Below, one piece after another: positions 39,501-49,065 of a stretch of 64,000 nucleotides of DNA. The notes under the pieces are model-generated. The model saw nothing but the letters and a program-made list of their open reading frames with translations. It ran no database searches and was not told where the DNA came from. Position numbers and translations under genes: made by a program. Each line of letters starts with the position of its first letter. Position 1 is the first letter of the stretch. The stretch comes from Patescibacteria group bacterium UBA5738 (GTDB lineage Bacteria > Patescibacteriota > Minisyncoccia > Minisyncoccales > UBA5738): positions 57,099 through 121,098 of the forward strand of contig DIFW01000017.1 of NCBI GenBank assembly GCA_002419295.1. Direction: 5' to 3'.

Positions 39501-40859
39501 TTAAGAATTGTAAATTTTATTTTTTAATAATTTTATTTCCTCGCAAAAATCATCATCATTTTTCATTTTTAAAGATATTTTTTTATAGGCGTGCATTACC
39601 GTGGTGTGATCTTTATTTCCTATTTTTCTGCCAATAAATGGAAAAGAAGCGTTAATTTCATTTCTTAAAAGATACATCACCACTTGGCGAGGCGTAACAA
39701 TTTCTTTTTTGCGCGAGTTCGATAATATTTCTTTTTCTTTTAAATCGTAAAAATTGGCGGTTTCTTGGATTATTTTTTTAAAATTAATTATTTTCTTCGG
39801 GTTTATGGACGACAAAACCTCTCGGCACATTTCAGGAGTGGTGGTTGTGTTTTTAAGTTTTGAGTGCGCGGCGATTTTAATTAACGCGCCCTCAAGTTCC
39901 CGCACATTGTTTTGGATTGTTTCGGCGATTGCCGATAATATTTGGTCTGAAAAAGAAAGTTTCAGATATTGGCATTTTTCTTTTAAAATTGCCATTCTGG
40001 TTTCAAAGTCGGGCAAGCTGATGTCGGCGATCATTCCTCCTTCAAAACGGGACCGCAAGCGATCGGAAAGCTCGGTGATGGCTTTTGGTGGACGATCGGA
40101 GGATAAAACTATTTGCAGGTTTTTGTTGTGGAGGGTGTTGAATATGTAAAAAAATTCATCTTGAGTTTTTTCTTTTCCGGAAATAAATTGAATATCGTCA
40201 ATGATAAAAACCGCGGTATTGAGATATTTGGCGCGCAAATCTTCAATTGTGCCGCCGCGGATGGCATTAATAATTTCCGTGGTAAGTTTTTCCGTTGGAA
40301 CATATTTAACTTTTTTATCCGGGAATTTGTTGGCGACCTCGTTGCCGATTGCTTGCAGTAGGTGCGTTTTTCCCAAACCGACGCCGCCGTAAAGAAAAAG
40401 AGGGTTGTAGGTTTGTCCCGGTTTTTCCGCCGCCGCGCGCGCGGCGGCGTGTGCCAGCTCGTTATGCGGACCCACAACAAAACAATCAAATTGGTATTTC
40501 GGGTTGAGGTTTGTGTTTTTATTGAATGAAAATTCTTCAAAACCCAGCTGTCCCCCGATTTGAGGATTGCGGCGGGATAGATTTTTGTTTTTTATTGACG
40601 GGTCGGGTGCGATTTGCACCACCTTGAAAAACACTTCTCTGATTGATGTATCAAACTCTCTTAAAAACGCAATCATTTGTTTGCGGTATTTTTGTTCCAG
40701 CCACTCTTTTGCCAGACAATTGGGCACGGCGACAACCGCCTCCCCGTTTTCAATTGAAATGATCATGGTTGATTTAAACCATGTGGCGAAAATCGCCGGA
40801 GAAACGCTTAATTGTATTTGGGCCAGTATCGATCGCCAGATTACTTCATTGTTGATCAT
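39501..40859 (-). CDS. dnaA: Chromosomal replication initiator
   Basis: YNPLFLYGGVGLGKTHL, IDDIQF, RLRSRF, RELEGAL, DHTTV.HA. Confidence 0.98.
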   Translation of the reverse strand: MINNEVIWRSILAQIQLSVSPAIFATWFKSTMIISIENGEAVVAVPNCLAKEWLEQKYRKQMIAFLREFDTSIREVFFKVVQIAPDPSIKNKNLSRRNPQIGGQLGFEEFSFNKNTNLNPKYQFDCFVVGPHNELAHAAARAAAEKPGQTYNPLFLYGGVGLGKTHLLQAIGNEVANKFPDKKVKYVPTEKLTTEIINAIRGGTIEDLRAKYLNTAVFIIDDIQFISGKEKTQDEFFYIFNTLHNKNLQIVLSSDRPPKAITELSDRLRSRFEGGMIADISLPDFETRMAILKEKCQYLKLSFSDQILSAIAETIQNNVRELEGALIKIAAHSKLKNTTTTPEMCREVLSSINPKKIINFKKIIQETANFYDLKEKEILSNSRKKEIVTPRQVVMYLLRNEINASFPFIGRKIGNKDHTTVMHAYKKISLKMKNDDDFCEEIKLLKNKIYNS

Positions 40860-41217
40860 ATTTTTGTGGTGGTTCAGTCGCAGTTCTTAATTATAGCCCG
40901 ACATTTTTCAAAAACAATAAACCGTAAAAATGGCAAAATTTACTCAAAAAAATTCTCCTTCTTTTTTTCAATCGCGATTCTAGACGCAATTTTCAAAATT
41001 AAGCCCAAAAAACAACAATAAGAAACAAATAGCAAAAAAGGGCAAATTTTTTGCTTGTTTAAAACTTGTGGAAAACTATGGGTAAAATGTGGATAAAAGC
41101 TAGAAATAAACGCTATTGACACAATATCATTTTTTACCAAACATTTGCAAGCGGTTGTTTTCGGCGCTTGCTTTTTTGCGTGATTAGTATACAATAATCG
41201 TGTGATAATTTAATGAT
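40860..41217. promoter_or_regulatory. dnaA-rpmH divergent region with DnaA boxes
   Basis: TGTGGAAAA at 41067-41075 and TGTGGATAA at 41088-41096. Confidence 0.7.
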
Positions 41218-41352
41218 ATGAGCGTAACCTATCAGCCCAAAAAAAGGAAAAGAAGCAAAACGCATGGATTCCGCGAACGGTCAAAAACCGTTGGCGGACG
41301 CCGTGTTTTGAAAGCAAGACGCGCCAAAGGGCGGAAAAAGCTTTCGGTTTAA
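41218..41352 (+). CDS. rpmH: 50S ribosomal protein L34
   Basis: Manual translation [44 protein letters not shown]; below the ORF-track cutoff. Confidence 0.96.
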   Translation: MSVTYQPKKRKRSKTHGFRERSKTVGGRRVLKARRAKGRKKLSV

Positions 41353-41358
41353 TTTTTT

Positions 41359-41706
41359 ATGTTGCCGCCGGCCAATCGTCTAAAAAAAGAAAAAGAAATA
41401 AAGCGCGCGCGGGCCGGAAAAATGATTGGAGGAAGCGGATTACTGGCGTGCCGGGCGGCGGCAAACGATTTGCCGGTTGCCCGGTTTTGTTTTATTGTGT
41501 CAAAAAAAATTTCTCCGAAAGCGACCGCGCGCAATAAAATTAAACGGCGTTTGCGCGCCGCGATCGCCGCGGCGATGCCGCGGATTGCGTCCGGATTTGA
41601 TTGTGTTTTGATCGCTCGTTTTGGCTTGGCGGCAAAAAATTATCAAGAAATTTGCGACTGCGTCAATTTGGTTCTGGCAAGGGCGGGGTTGATAAAATCA
41701 AGCTAA
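41359..41706 (+). CDS. rnpA: Ribonuclease P protein component
   Basis: MLP..NRLKK, VSKKI..KA..RNKIKRRLR; canonical position. Confidence 0.93.
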   Translation: MLPPANRLKKEKEIKRARAGKMIGGSGLLACRAAANDLPVARFCFIVSKKISPKATARNKIKRRLRAAIAAAMPRIASGFDCVLIARFGLAAKNYQEICDCVNLVLARAGLIKSS

Positions 41707-41724
41707 TATAAACTTTTTATCACT

Positions 41725-42429
41725 ATGAATATCTTTGATGTTTTAATCTATCATCCCCTTTTTAATATTCTTATTGTTTTATACCAATGGCTGGGAGATT
41801 TTGGATTGGCGGTAATCGCGCTCACAATACTGATTCGGTTTTTGCTTTATCCCCTGGCCGCGAACGCGGTTCGGATGCAAAAAATTACCGCGCGCATTCA
41901 GCCGCGGATGAAAGAAATTCAAGAAAAATATAAAAACGACAAAGAAAAACAAGCGTTGCTGATGATGCAATTATGGAAAGAGCACAAAATCAATCCGATG
42001 AGCAGTTTTTTTCTGTTGTTGGTGCAATTGCCGATACTCTGGGGGCTTTATTATGTTTTTTGGAACGGGATGAAAAACGGTTCGTTATCAATGTTATACG
42101 ATTTTGTTCCCAACCCGGGGGCGATTGATCCGATGTTTTTGGGCGCAGTGTCTTTATCGGAAGCGTTTCCTCCTTTTGCGATCGCGGCGGGGATTTTGCA
42201 GTTTATTCAGACCAAAATGATGGCGCCGGCGATGCCGGATAAAAATGGCGGAGAAAAAAGCCAAAGCGAGCGCTTCGCGGCAATGATGCAAACTCAAGCC
42301 CTTTATGTTTTTCCGGCCGTTACAATATTGATTTTTTGGGGATTGCCGTCTGCGCTGGGGCTTTATTGGATTGCTTCCGGCGTATTTTCTATCATTCAGC
42401 AATATTATATTTTGAAAAAAAACAGCTGA
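41725..42429 (+). CDS. yidC: YidC/Oxa1 membrane protein insertase (short form)
   Basis: FGLAVIALTILIRFLLYPL, QP.MKEIQ.KYK, QLPI, LYW. Confidence 0.95.
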   Translation: MNIFDVLIYHPLFNILIVLYQWLGDFGLAVIALTILIRFLLYPLAANAVRMQKITARIQPRMKEIQEKYKNDKEKQALLMMQLWKEHKINPMSSFFLLLVQLPILWGLYYVFWNGMKNGSLSMLYDFVPNPGAIDPMFLGAVSLSEAFPPFAIAAGILQFIQTKMMAPAMPDKNGGEKSQSERFAAMMQTQALYVFPAVTILIFWGLPSALGLYWIASGVFSIIQQYYILKKNS

Positions 42430-42474
42430 TTTTGCCATAGAGGCACTAAAACAACGGGTTTAACCAAAAAAAGC

Positions 42475-42939
42475 ATGAATGAACAAAAAACCATCACCGA
42501 AAAAATCAAAAAAATCGTGCAGAGTTTGATAGAAAAAATCGATAACGCCGCCAGAATTTCCGTTTCCGACGCGAAAGACGGCGTTGTTGAGATAAATATC
42601 AATTCCGACGATGCGGAAACAATGATCGGCGCCGGCGGCGAAACCCTGCGGGCGGTCCGGCATCTCGCGCGGGTGATGGCGCGAAAAACTTTCGGGGAGC
42701 CGGTTTTTATCGAGATTGACATTAACGGGTATCTCGAAAAGAAAAAAAATTACCTGCGCCAGTTGGCGGTTTCCACCGCCGATGAAGCGGCGCTGGAAAA
42801 CAAGGAAATTTCTCTGCCGCCGATGAATTCTTATGAGCGCCGCATTGTGCATATGGCGCTGGCCGGCCGGCGCGACATTTTCACCGAAAGCCGCGGGTGC
42901 GATTCTGACCGGCGCGTGGCGATTAAGCCCGCGCGCTAG
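42475..42939 (+). CDS. Jag/KhpB-like KH + R3H RNA-binding protein
   Basis: IG..GETL.A KH motif, PMNSYERRIVH R3H motif; follows yidC. Confidence 0.9.
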   Translation: MNEQKTITEKIKKIVQSLIEKIDNAARISVSDAKDGVVEININSDDAETMIGAGGETLRAVRHLARVMARKTFGEPVFIEIDINGYLEKKKNYLRQLAVSTADEAALENKEISLPPMNSYERRIVHMALAGRRDIFTESRGCDSDRRVAIKPAR

Positions 42940-42946
42940 ATTTGGC

Positions 42947-42984
42947 AAAAAAAACGGCGGCCCGATCAAAGGCGGCCGTTTTTT
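42947..42984. terminator. Bidirectional intrinsic terminator
   Basis: AAAAAAAACGGC...GCCGTTTTTT between convergent operons. Confidence 0.75.
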
Positions 42985-43001
42985 GTTTGGCGGGATGTGG
43001 A

Positions 43002-44990
43002 CTATGCGGCGGCGGTTTTCCCAACATTGATTCCGGAATCGGTTTTGAGGGGTTCGTTCGCCGCCGGAGTTTCTTTTAAAGCGTTTATCGACGCTCCGCC
43101 GCCATTATTTTTCGGCGCCGCCATCGCGCCGGATTCCGAATCGGGCTTGCGGTTGATGATCTCGGGCGGCGGCCCCGGTTTTTGCGCGACCGCGGCTTTT
43201 TTGATTTCCGCTTTTGCTTTTTTGATTTTTTCCAACTCTTCGGGATTGGTGGTGATAATTTGATCTTCAATATATGAAGCCACCACTTTCATTGCCACAT
43301 GCTTTTGCCCGGCAAAAAACAACCCTTCTCCGATTTCGGCTTCCAAAAGCAACCCCTTTTCCCTTTCGGTGAGATTAAATGTTTTTTGGACCACATCAAT
43401 GGTCGCCGGCGATTGTTTCAGCAGGATTTGTATTGAAGAGTTGGTGATGATCGGCGGTCCGTAGTTGGAACGCATAAAATCAGCCACATCTTGGGTGATG
43501 GTGGAAACTCCCAGCCAGTATTTGCGGGCCCGCTTGCACAATCCGTATAAAAACGAGGCGCCATCGTCGTTTTGCATCAATACCCACGCCTCGTCAACCA
43601 CCAAAATCCGTTTGCGCAATTTGGCGCGGACCTTGTTCCAAATATAATGCATAATGATATACATCGCCGCCGTTCGGAACTCGTTTTCCATATCGCGGAT
43701 GCCAAAAACCACCAGCGGCTTGTCCGTGGAAATGTTGGTGGGTTGGTTGAAAAATTCCGCGTATGTTCCCTGCGTAAATTTGCGAACGCGGCGCACCAAA
43801 GAGTCGGCGCCTTCCATTCCTTCCAGCACCGCTTCCAAATCCTGCATCAGCGGCACTCTCTCCGCCCACAGCCGGGGATCGGTTTCCGGGGTGATGTCTT
43901 TGGCGGCATAAACTTCGGTAAGCGCTTGATCGATGATAGCGTCTTCTTCGGAGGTTAATCCTCCCAAAAGGATTCTTACCAATCCCACGACATTAATAAT
44001 GTTGGAGCGGATTACATCGGCCGGGTTTTCGTCTTCTCTCGGCTCGGGCAAATCAAAAGCATTGATATGGTAGGGTGACGACAGCGAAACATTCAAAAAC
44101 GATCCGCCAGTCGCCTCGGCCAAAGTTTTAAATTCGTTTTCCGGGTCCACGACAATGGCATCCACCCCCATCATCATTGAGCGCAAGATTTCCAATTTGA
44201 CGGTGTAGCTTTTTCCCGATCCTGATTTCGCGAAAATGACGCTATTGGCGTTTTCCATTGAAAAGCGATCAAAAAGTATCAAGGAATTATTATGGAGATT
44301 GGTGCCATAAAGAATCCCTTCATTGGCGGAGAGATCAAACGAGACAAACGGAAAAGTGGACGACAGCGGGCTGGTATTCATCGGCGTCCATGTTTGTATT
44401 TGGTCCATGCCGTAGGGACAGGTGGAAACAAAGCCTTCTTTTTGCTGATAGAGCGACGGCTTGATGTAAATCAGTTTGGATTCAAGGATTGAGCGCAAGG
44501 TGGTTTCAATATCGCGCAATTTTTCAAAATCGTTTTCATATGCCGTCAAATAAATTCCCAGACGAAACATTCTTTCGGTGGAAGTTTGCAATTTGTCGCG
44601 CAAATCTTCCAAATCTTGATGGGCGATTTCCAGCGCTGGATCGCGCACCAGTCCTTTTTCCTGGCGATCCATGATTTCGGCTTGAACTTCGGTGAGTTTT
44701 TTGCGCAATTGTTTTAGCGTGGTGCCGGTATCAATGGGATGGATATGGAAACTTACATCCATGGGAGTGTCCAGATTGATTACCGGAGTGAACCAGCCGG
44801 AATTCAAATAGCGCGGATAGGAAAAAATAAAAAACGATTTACCGCACCGCTCCCCGATCTTGAAATGATCCGACGCCAAAACAATTGACGCCGGCGCGAC
44901 AATATCTTTGATGTTGATCGTTTTCATTTGCAATTCTTGGCCAGGCAACGCGATTTTTTTCGCTTTTTTGGGGGGAGAAAATAACGACAT
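43002..44990 (-). CDS. VirB4-like T4SS ATPase
   Basis: Walker A AKSGSGKS, VVDPENEF, Walker B VVDEAW, KRARKY, ITQDV.DF, GEGLFF. Confidence 0.9.
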   Translation of the reverse strand: MSLFSPPKKAKKIALPGQELQMKTINIKDIVAPASIVLASDHFKIGERCGKSFFIFSYPRYLNSGWFTPVINLDTPMDVSFHIHPIDTGTTLKQLRKKLTEVQAEIMDRQEKGLVRDPALEIAHQDLEDLRDKLQTSTERMFRLGIYLTAYENDFEKLRDIETTLRSILESKLIYIKPSLYQQKEGFVSTCPYGMDQIQTWTPMNTSPLSSTFPFVSFDLSANEGILYGTNLHNNSLILFDRFSMENANSVIFAKSGSGKSYTVKLEILRSMMMGVDAIVVDPENEFKTLAEATGGSFLNVSLSSPYHINAFDLPEPREDENPADVIRSNIINVVGLVRILLGGLTSEEDAIIDQALTEVYAAKDITPETDPRLWAERVPLMQDLEAVLEGMEGADSLVRRVRKFTQGTYAEFFNQPTNISTDKPLVVFGIRDMENEFRTAAMYIIMHYIWNKVRAKLRKRILVVDEAWVLMQNDDGASFLYGLCKRARKYWLGVSTITQDVADFMRSNYGPPIITNSSIQILLKQSPATIDVVQKTFNLTEREKGLLLEAEIGEGLFFAGQKHVAMKVVASYIEDQIITTNPEELEKIKKAKAEIKKAAVAQKPGPPPEIINRKPDSESGAMAAPKNNGGGASINALKETPAANEPLKTDSGINVGKTAAA

Positions 44991-45008
44991 GTTCCAATTT
45001 TTGGTTTT

Positions 45009-45656
45009 TTATTGAATTAATTCGGGCGGGATCTCCGGATAATAACCGCGTTCAGAGTCTTCAAGATGGTGCGAGCTCCATAAAAACTCGGCGATTTCAA
45101 GGCTGTTGAGCGGCACGCATTGCAAGCCGCAACGGCGCAATCCCAATGCCACGAACTCCATTCTTTGCGCCAGCTGGGTCTTGCTTTGGTCAAATTGTTC
45201 CTGTGCCGCTTCCGCGATTTTTTCGCGATTGACATTTTTTTCCCGTTTCGCCGCCGCCAAGCTGGGAAGCGCGATCGGCTGGAACGGCACAATCACATAA
45301 AAAGATTTGTTCATAATGGTGCCTCCCGAAACGATTTCATTAATAAAGTTGCGATATTCAACAATCTGCGTGCGCAGAAGATCGTTGCTTTGCTTGGTTT
45401 CCAAATCGCGCAACTTGTCCAAATAGCTGGTGATATTCAACTTGCGGCTTTGCACCAGAATCTGCAGGGAAAAATCAAGAGAATTCAAAAAATTTTGATA
45501 TTGGCCGATGACGGCGTTTTGTTCTTCTTCGGCCATCAGGGCGAAATTGATGGAATTAACCATAATAATCCCCCGCAACCCCTTGTTTTTCAGAACCAGG
45601 ATGCCGTCTTTGATTTGATCAATTTCCAAAAATTGTTGAGTGGATAGAATCGCCAT
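45009..45656 (-). CDS. VirB4-associated protein (resembles VirB4/TraC N-terminal part)
   Basis: STQQFLEI..IKDG, INF.L..EEQ.A...Y..FLNSLDF..QI...SR, FYVIVPF; directly upstream of virB4. Confidence 0.7.
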   Translation of the reverse strand: MAILSTQQFLEIDQIKDGILVLKNKGLRGIIMVNSINFALMAEEEQNAVIGQYQNFLNSLDFSLQILVQSRKLNITSYLDKLRDLETKQSNDLLRTQIVEYRNFINEIVSGGTIMNKSFYVIVPFQPIALPSLAAAKREKNVNREKIAEAAQEQFDQSKTQLAQRMEFVALGLRRCGLQCVPLNSLEIAEFLWSSHHLEDSERGYYPEIPPELIQ

Positions 45657-45668
45657 ATTTTAAATTTT

Positions 45669-46085
45669 TTACGCGGTTTCTATATAATCGCGGATGAGCC
45701 GCCAGTTGTTTTTTTTGGAAGACGCGGTAATTTTAATCATTGTCGGCGCTTTTTGGAGGGTGATTGTGCCTCGGTCAACGGCCTGCTGGTTGGGCAGAGA
45801 AAATCCTTGCCATAAAAACATTCTTGGCGATCTGGCAAAAGCGATATAGTGCTCAATCACCTTGATGATGTCGATGCCGTCAATTTTCACGAACGCCAGC
45901 GCGCCGGAGCATCCTCCAACGATGGCGATCATCGCCAGCGCCAGCGGCATGCTGGCCTTGCCGACCACAAAATAAATCACAAACGATATGGTGGTGCCGA
46001 TGCCGACAAAAATAAACTGCTTGAATGTGAGCGGCCCCACAATCTTGGACTCCATTTCAATAAATTGCGGAATGGTGAAATTCAT
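45669..46085 (-). CDS. PrgI family (VirB3-like) membrane protein
   Basis: F.IPQFIE.E.KIVGPLTFKQF, two TM helices, F..SPR...W. Confidence 0.85.
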   Translation of the reverse strand: MNFTIPQFIEMESKIVGPLTFKQFIFVGIGTTISFVIYFVVGKASMPLALAMIAIVGGCSGALAFVKIDGIDIIKVIEHYIAFARSPRMFLWQGFSLPNQQAVDRGTITLQKAPTMIKITASSKKNNWRLIRDYIETA

Positions 46086-46291
46086 GTTGGAATCATAATT
46101 CGCTTTCATTATATCATCCTTCCATTTTCCCCGCAAAATTTCGCGCGTTAAAAACCGCCGCGTTTTGGCCCGAATATGGTTTTGTGAAAGCCATTTCGCG
46201 AGTGAAATATATTTGATTTCTTTTGCAATCCCCAACGAGGGGTTACGCTGTAATTTCTTGACAGATAGATTGGGTTTGATAATGTGAAAAT

Positions 46292-46633
46292 ATGAAAAGC
46301 AAAAACACATTGGAGAATGGATCGGTGCGGCATATAATTTTTAAACAGGACGGCGTTTGGTACGGCGTGGCTTTGGAATTTAATATCGTGGAAGAAGGCG
46401 ATAATCCGGTGGAAGTGATGGTGTCTTTATTTGAGGCGATACAGGGTTATGTTCAAACCGCGCAAAAATGCAAAATGAGCGCGGCGCCGTTAAACCAAAC
46501 CCCTGATAAAGAATATCAAAAACTTTGGGAGAAACTGTCCAAATCCCAAGTTGCGGGGAATAAAAACGAAAAATCATTACAGGTCTATAATTTCGGCTAT
46601 ACGCCCTTCGCTTCCTATGCCTTGTGCCATTAG
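46292..46633 (+). CDS. HicB-like antitoxin
   Basis: W.GVALEFNIVEEGDNP.E....L.EAI.GY partial RNase-H-fold pattern; followed by a hicA fragment. Confidence 0.65.
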   Translation: MKSKNTLENGSVRHIIFKQDGVWYGVALEFNIVEEGDNPVEVMVSLFEAIQGYVQTAQKCKMSAAPLNQTPDKEYQKLWEKLSKSQVAGNKNEKSLQVYNFGYTPFASYALCH

Positions 46634-46636
46634 TTT

Positions 46637-46741
46637 ATGGCTAAAAATATTTTCAATTGGACTTTTTCGGATATAGTTGGTTTTTTGCGGGATCGCGGTT
46701 TTATTTATTCCCACGCCAGAGGCAGTCATCAGATTGGCTGA
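46637..46741 (+). pseudogene. Truncated HicA toxin
   Basis: MAKNIFNWTFSDIVGFLRDRGFIYSHARGSHQIG*: L...GF......GSH motif, then a stop at 34 aa. Confidence 0.7.
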
Positions 46742-46764
46742 AATATTAAGCCGCTTCTATTTCC

Positions 46765-46803
46765 AAACAAAAACCGCCGCGATTTTTGCGGCGGTATTGT
46801 TTT
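46765..46803. terminator. Intrinsic terminator
   Basis: ACCGCCGC-GATTTTT-GCGGCGGT flanked by A- and T-rich tails. Confidence 0.65.
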
Positions 46804-46953
46804 GGTAACCATAAATACCTCGGTCTTGGATTGATAATTGTCCGCGCATAGTTTTGATGGTTGTCAATCTTTGCAAATTGATTTTACCATTTTGTAATAT
46901 GCGGGCAATAGCTTGGGTTAAACCGGTATTCAAATTTGTGAGCAGTTAAAAAA

Positions 46954-47127
46954 GTAACCCCTCACTGGGGCTACTGCATTTTGCATTTATTCCTCCTTTG
47001 GAAAAGGAGGTGGCCCCGCTACGGCGGGGCCGGAGGATTTCTTAATTCGAATTTCAAATCCCTCCTTTTCGCTTCGCTCAAAGTGCTCCCTTTTCCAAAG
47101 GGAGAATAATACTCAGTGAGGGGTTAC
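46954..47127. mobile_element. MITE (174 bp)
   Basis: Terminal inverted repeats GTAACCCCTCACTG / CAGTGAGGGGTTAC flanked by direct repeat TTAAAAAA (46946-46953, 47128-47135); no ORF. Confidence 0.85.
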
Positions 47128-47249
47128 TTAAAAAATCCTTGACAAATTAGCAAAAATATGATATGGGATAACCAGCTCCGCCGGGCTTCCGGCGCCTAAA
47201 ATTATTAATATGGATGCTGAAAAATAGATAGAAAAAGGAGGTTGTAAGC

Positions 47250-47621
47250 TTGGGAAGTGTTAGGCTTGGATTGTTAACGGATATTATTTTCATATCTTCT
47301 TTTCTTCCATTTGTTGTGGCATATTATCTTTCCGCAACATATCTATGGCCGATCATGGACGACCCTGTGATCAATATGGTAGAATTTTACATGGTTTGGG
47401 CGGTTGCCTTTGCTGTGTTTTGGACCATCATCAGGGTTTGGAGAAGGAAGAGGGTGGAATTAAGTGCGGTGCAAGCCGCGGAAAATAGGAAGTGGGGTGT
47501 TCCCGAGAAAGAAAAACCCAAAAAGAAGGAAAAAACCAGCACAGATTTGCTGGCAGAAGAGGTACTTAAGAAAGTTGAGGAGAGCATGGATGAAAAAGGA
47601 GAAAAAGGAGGTGAAAAATAA
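47250..47621 (+). CDS. Small two-TM membrane protein with charged tail
   Basis: TTG start after AAAGGAGG; stop overlaps next start (TAATG). Confidence 0.7.
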   Translation: MGSVRLGLLTDIIFISSFLPFVVAYYLSATYLWPIMDDPVINMVEFYMVWAVAFAVFWTIIRVWRRKRVELSAVQAAENRKWGVPEKEKPKKKEKTSTDLLAEEVLKKVEESMDEKGEKGGEK

Positions 47622-48895
47622 TGGCAATACCGTTGCCTGACATCCCGGGGGATATTATTTATTTGTTTTTGGGGCTTTTGGGTGTTTGTATTTTGTGTTT
47701 TTTGGTTTGGTTGGTTTGGTTCCGTATTCCAAACGATCTCCAAGGGCGGTGGTTGATCCGAATTAGCGAGGGTCAAGGTGGATGGCTACACCAAGGAGAT
47801 AACAAAATTGACCCAAAAAGAAATGATCAGGGAAATGCCGCAGGGGTAGTAACGAATGGTCCTGCGATTAAGCCAATCATTTGTTTCAAGGGGTACCATT
47901 GCGAAAAAAATGATGCTGGAGAATATATAGTTGTTCCAGATGTGGATAAAAAACAAGACAAGAAGGATTCTCCCGCGGGTTATGCACTGTTGTGGCCTAT
48001 TCTCTTTGTTTGGCACTATCTTTCTGCTTTAACAAAAAAGCTTTTCTACGGCATTTTTTGGCTTGGCCCTCTTTATGTGTATGGGGCGGGAACCAATAAA
48101 TGGGAAGAATGGGTAGAAGAGCGTGGCAAAAAGGTGCTACGGACATTTGATCGTCGTGAGTTCGGTTTTAGGCTCAAAGTTACGAACTTTGGGTTTGAGA
48201 CAGAGGCCGCTGAAGCAAAAAACAAAGTTCCTTATAAGATTAAGGGAGAAGCTTTCTGGCGTATTGAGAATATAGACAGAGCAACCAGAATGATAGATGA
48301 CAGCAACTATAAGGCGGCAGCGTTGCTGACAGGAGAAATAGTAGCATGGGTTAGCAAGGAACCAATCTATCATATTGAAAGAGATAGAAAAGGAAAGATT
48401 GTCGCCGTTGGAGCTGAGCCGTCGGAGACTTTGAAGGAGAAGCTAGTGGTGCATTTATCAAGAGAAGGAGGTGCTGTTGAAAGGATCCGAAAAGAATATG
48501 GATTCTTAATTAGCGAAATTGTTATTTTGGATATTGAGCCCATGGGTGAGTTTTCCGAGCTTTTAGCCGCTGAAGCAAAGGCTGAGCTCAAGGGGCAAGC
48601 CGATGTTAGAGCGGAAGAGTTTGAAATGGCAGTCCAAAATATTAGGAGAGAATATACTGAAGCATGGTCAGATCTTTATAGAAGAAAACCAGAAACATTT
48701 GTCCAGTTTGCGGCCAGAGGTATTGAAAAACACGGCCCTCCGAGCATTTTTGGAATTGAGGGAATGGTGAGAGGTTCGACTGCGGATGGAGACATAGGAA
48801 GGCTTTTACAACTGATTGCTCCCAAACTGTCTGCGGAAGAAATAGATAAAGTAATTCCACAAATAATGGAATTGCTCAAAAAGAAATCGAAATAA
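47621..48895 (+). CDS. Divergent SPFH/band-7 domain membrane protein
   Basis: TM anchor; EAK(N)KVP..I.....WRI, YG..I.EI.ILDI.P then AE-rich coiled coil; AAGGAGGTGA SD. Confidence 0.65.
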   Translation: MAIPLPDIPGDIIYLFLGLLGVCILCFLVWLVWFRIPNDLQGRWLIRISEGQGGWLHQGDNKIDPKRNDQGNAAGVVTNGPAIKPIICFKGYHCEKNDAGEYIVVPDVDKKQDKKDSPAGYALLWPILFVWHYLSALTKKLFYGIFWLGPLYVYGAGTNKWEEWVEERGKKVLRTFDRREFGFRLKVTNFGFETEAAEAKNKVPYKIKGEAFWRIENIDRATRMIDDSNYKAAALLTGEIVAWVSKEPIYHIERDRKGKIVAVGAEPSETLKEKLVVHLSREGGAVERIRKEYGFLISEIVILDIEPMGEFSELLAAEAKAELKGQADVRAEEFEMAVQNIRREYTEAWSDLYRRKPETFVQFAARGIEKHGPPSIFGIEGMVRGSTADGDIGRLLQLIAPKLSAEEIDKVIPQIMELLKKKSK

Positions 48896-48927
48896 GGCTA
48901 TCTGTACCAATCAGACAGCCTCTTTTT
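48895..48927 (+). terminator. Intrinsic terminator
   Basis: AGGCT.TCTG-loop-CAGA.AGCCT followed by CTTTTT. Confidence 0.65.
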
Positions 48928-49065
48928 ATTTACCCATTAAAATATTGCAACGAATCTGCCCTAAATATACTTGGTGAGCAATTAAACTTTTCTTAACGCG
49001 TAGTATTGACAAGGAGGGAAAGCCGCGACAATTTGGTTACGCAACAGCTTATTCGAATATTGGCT

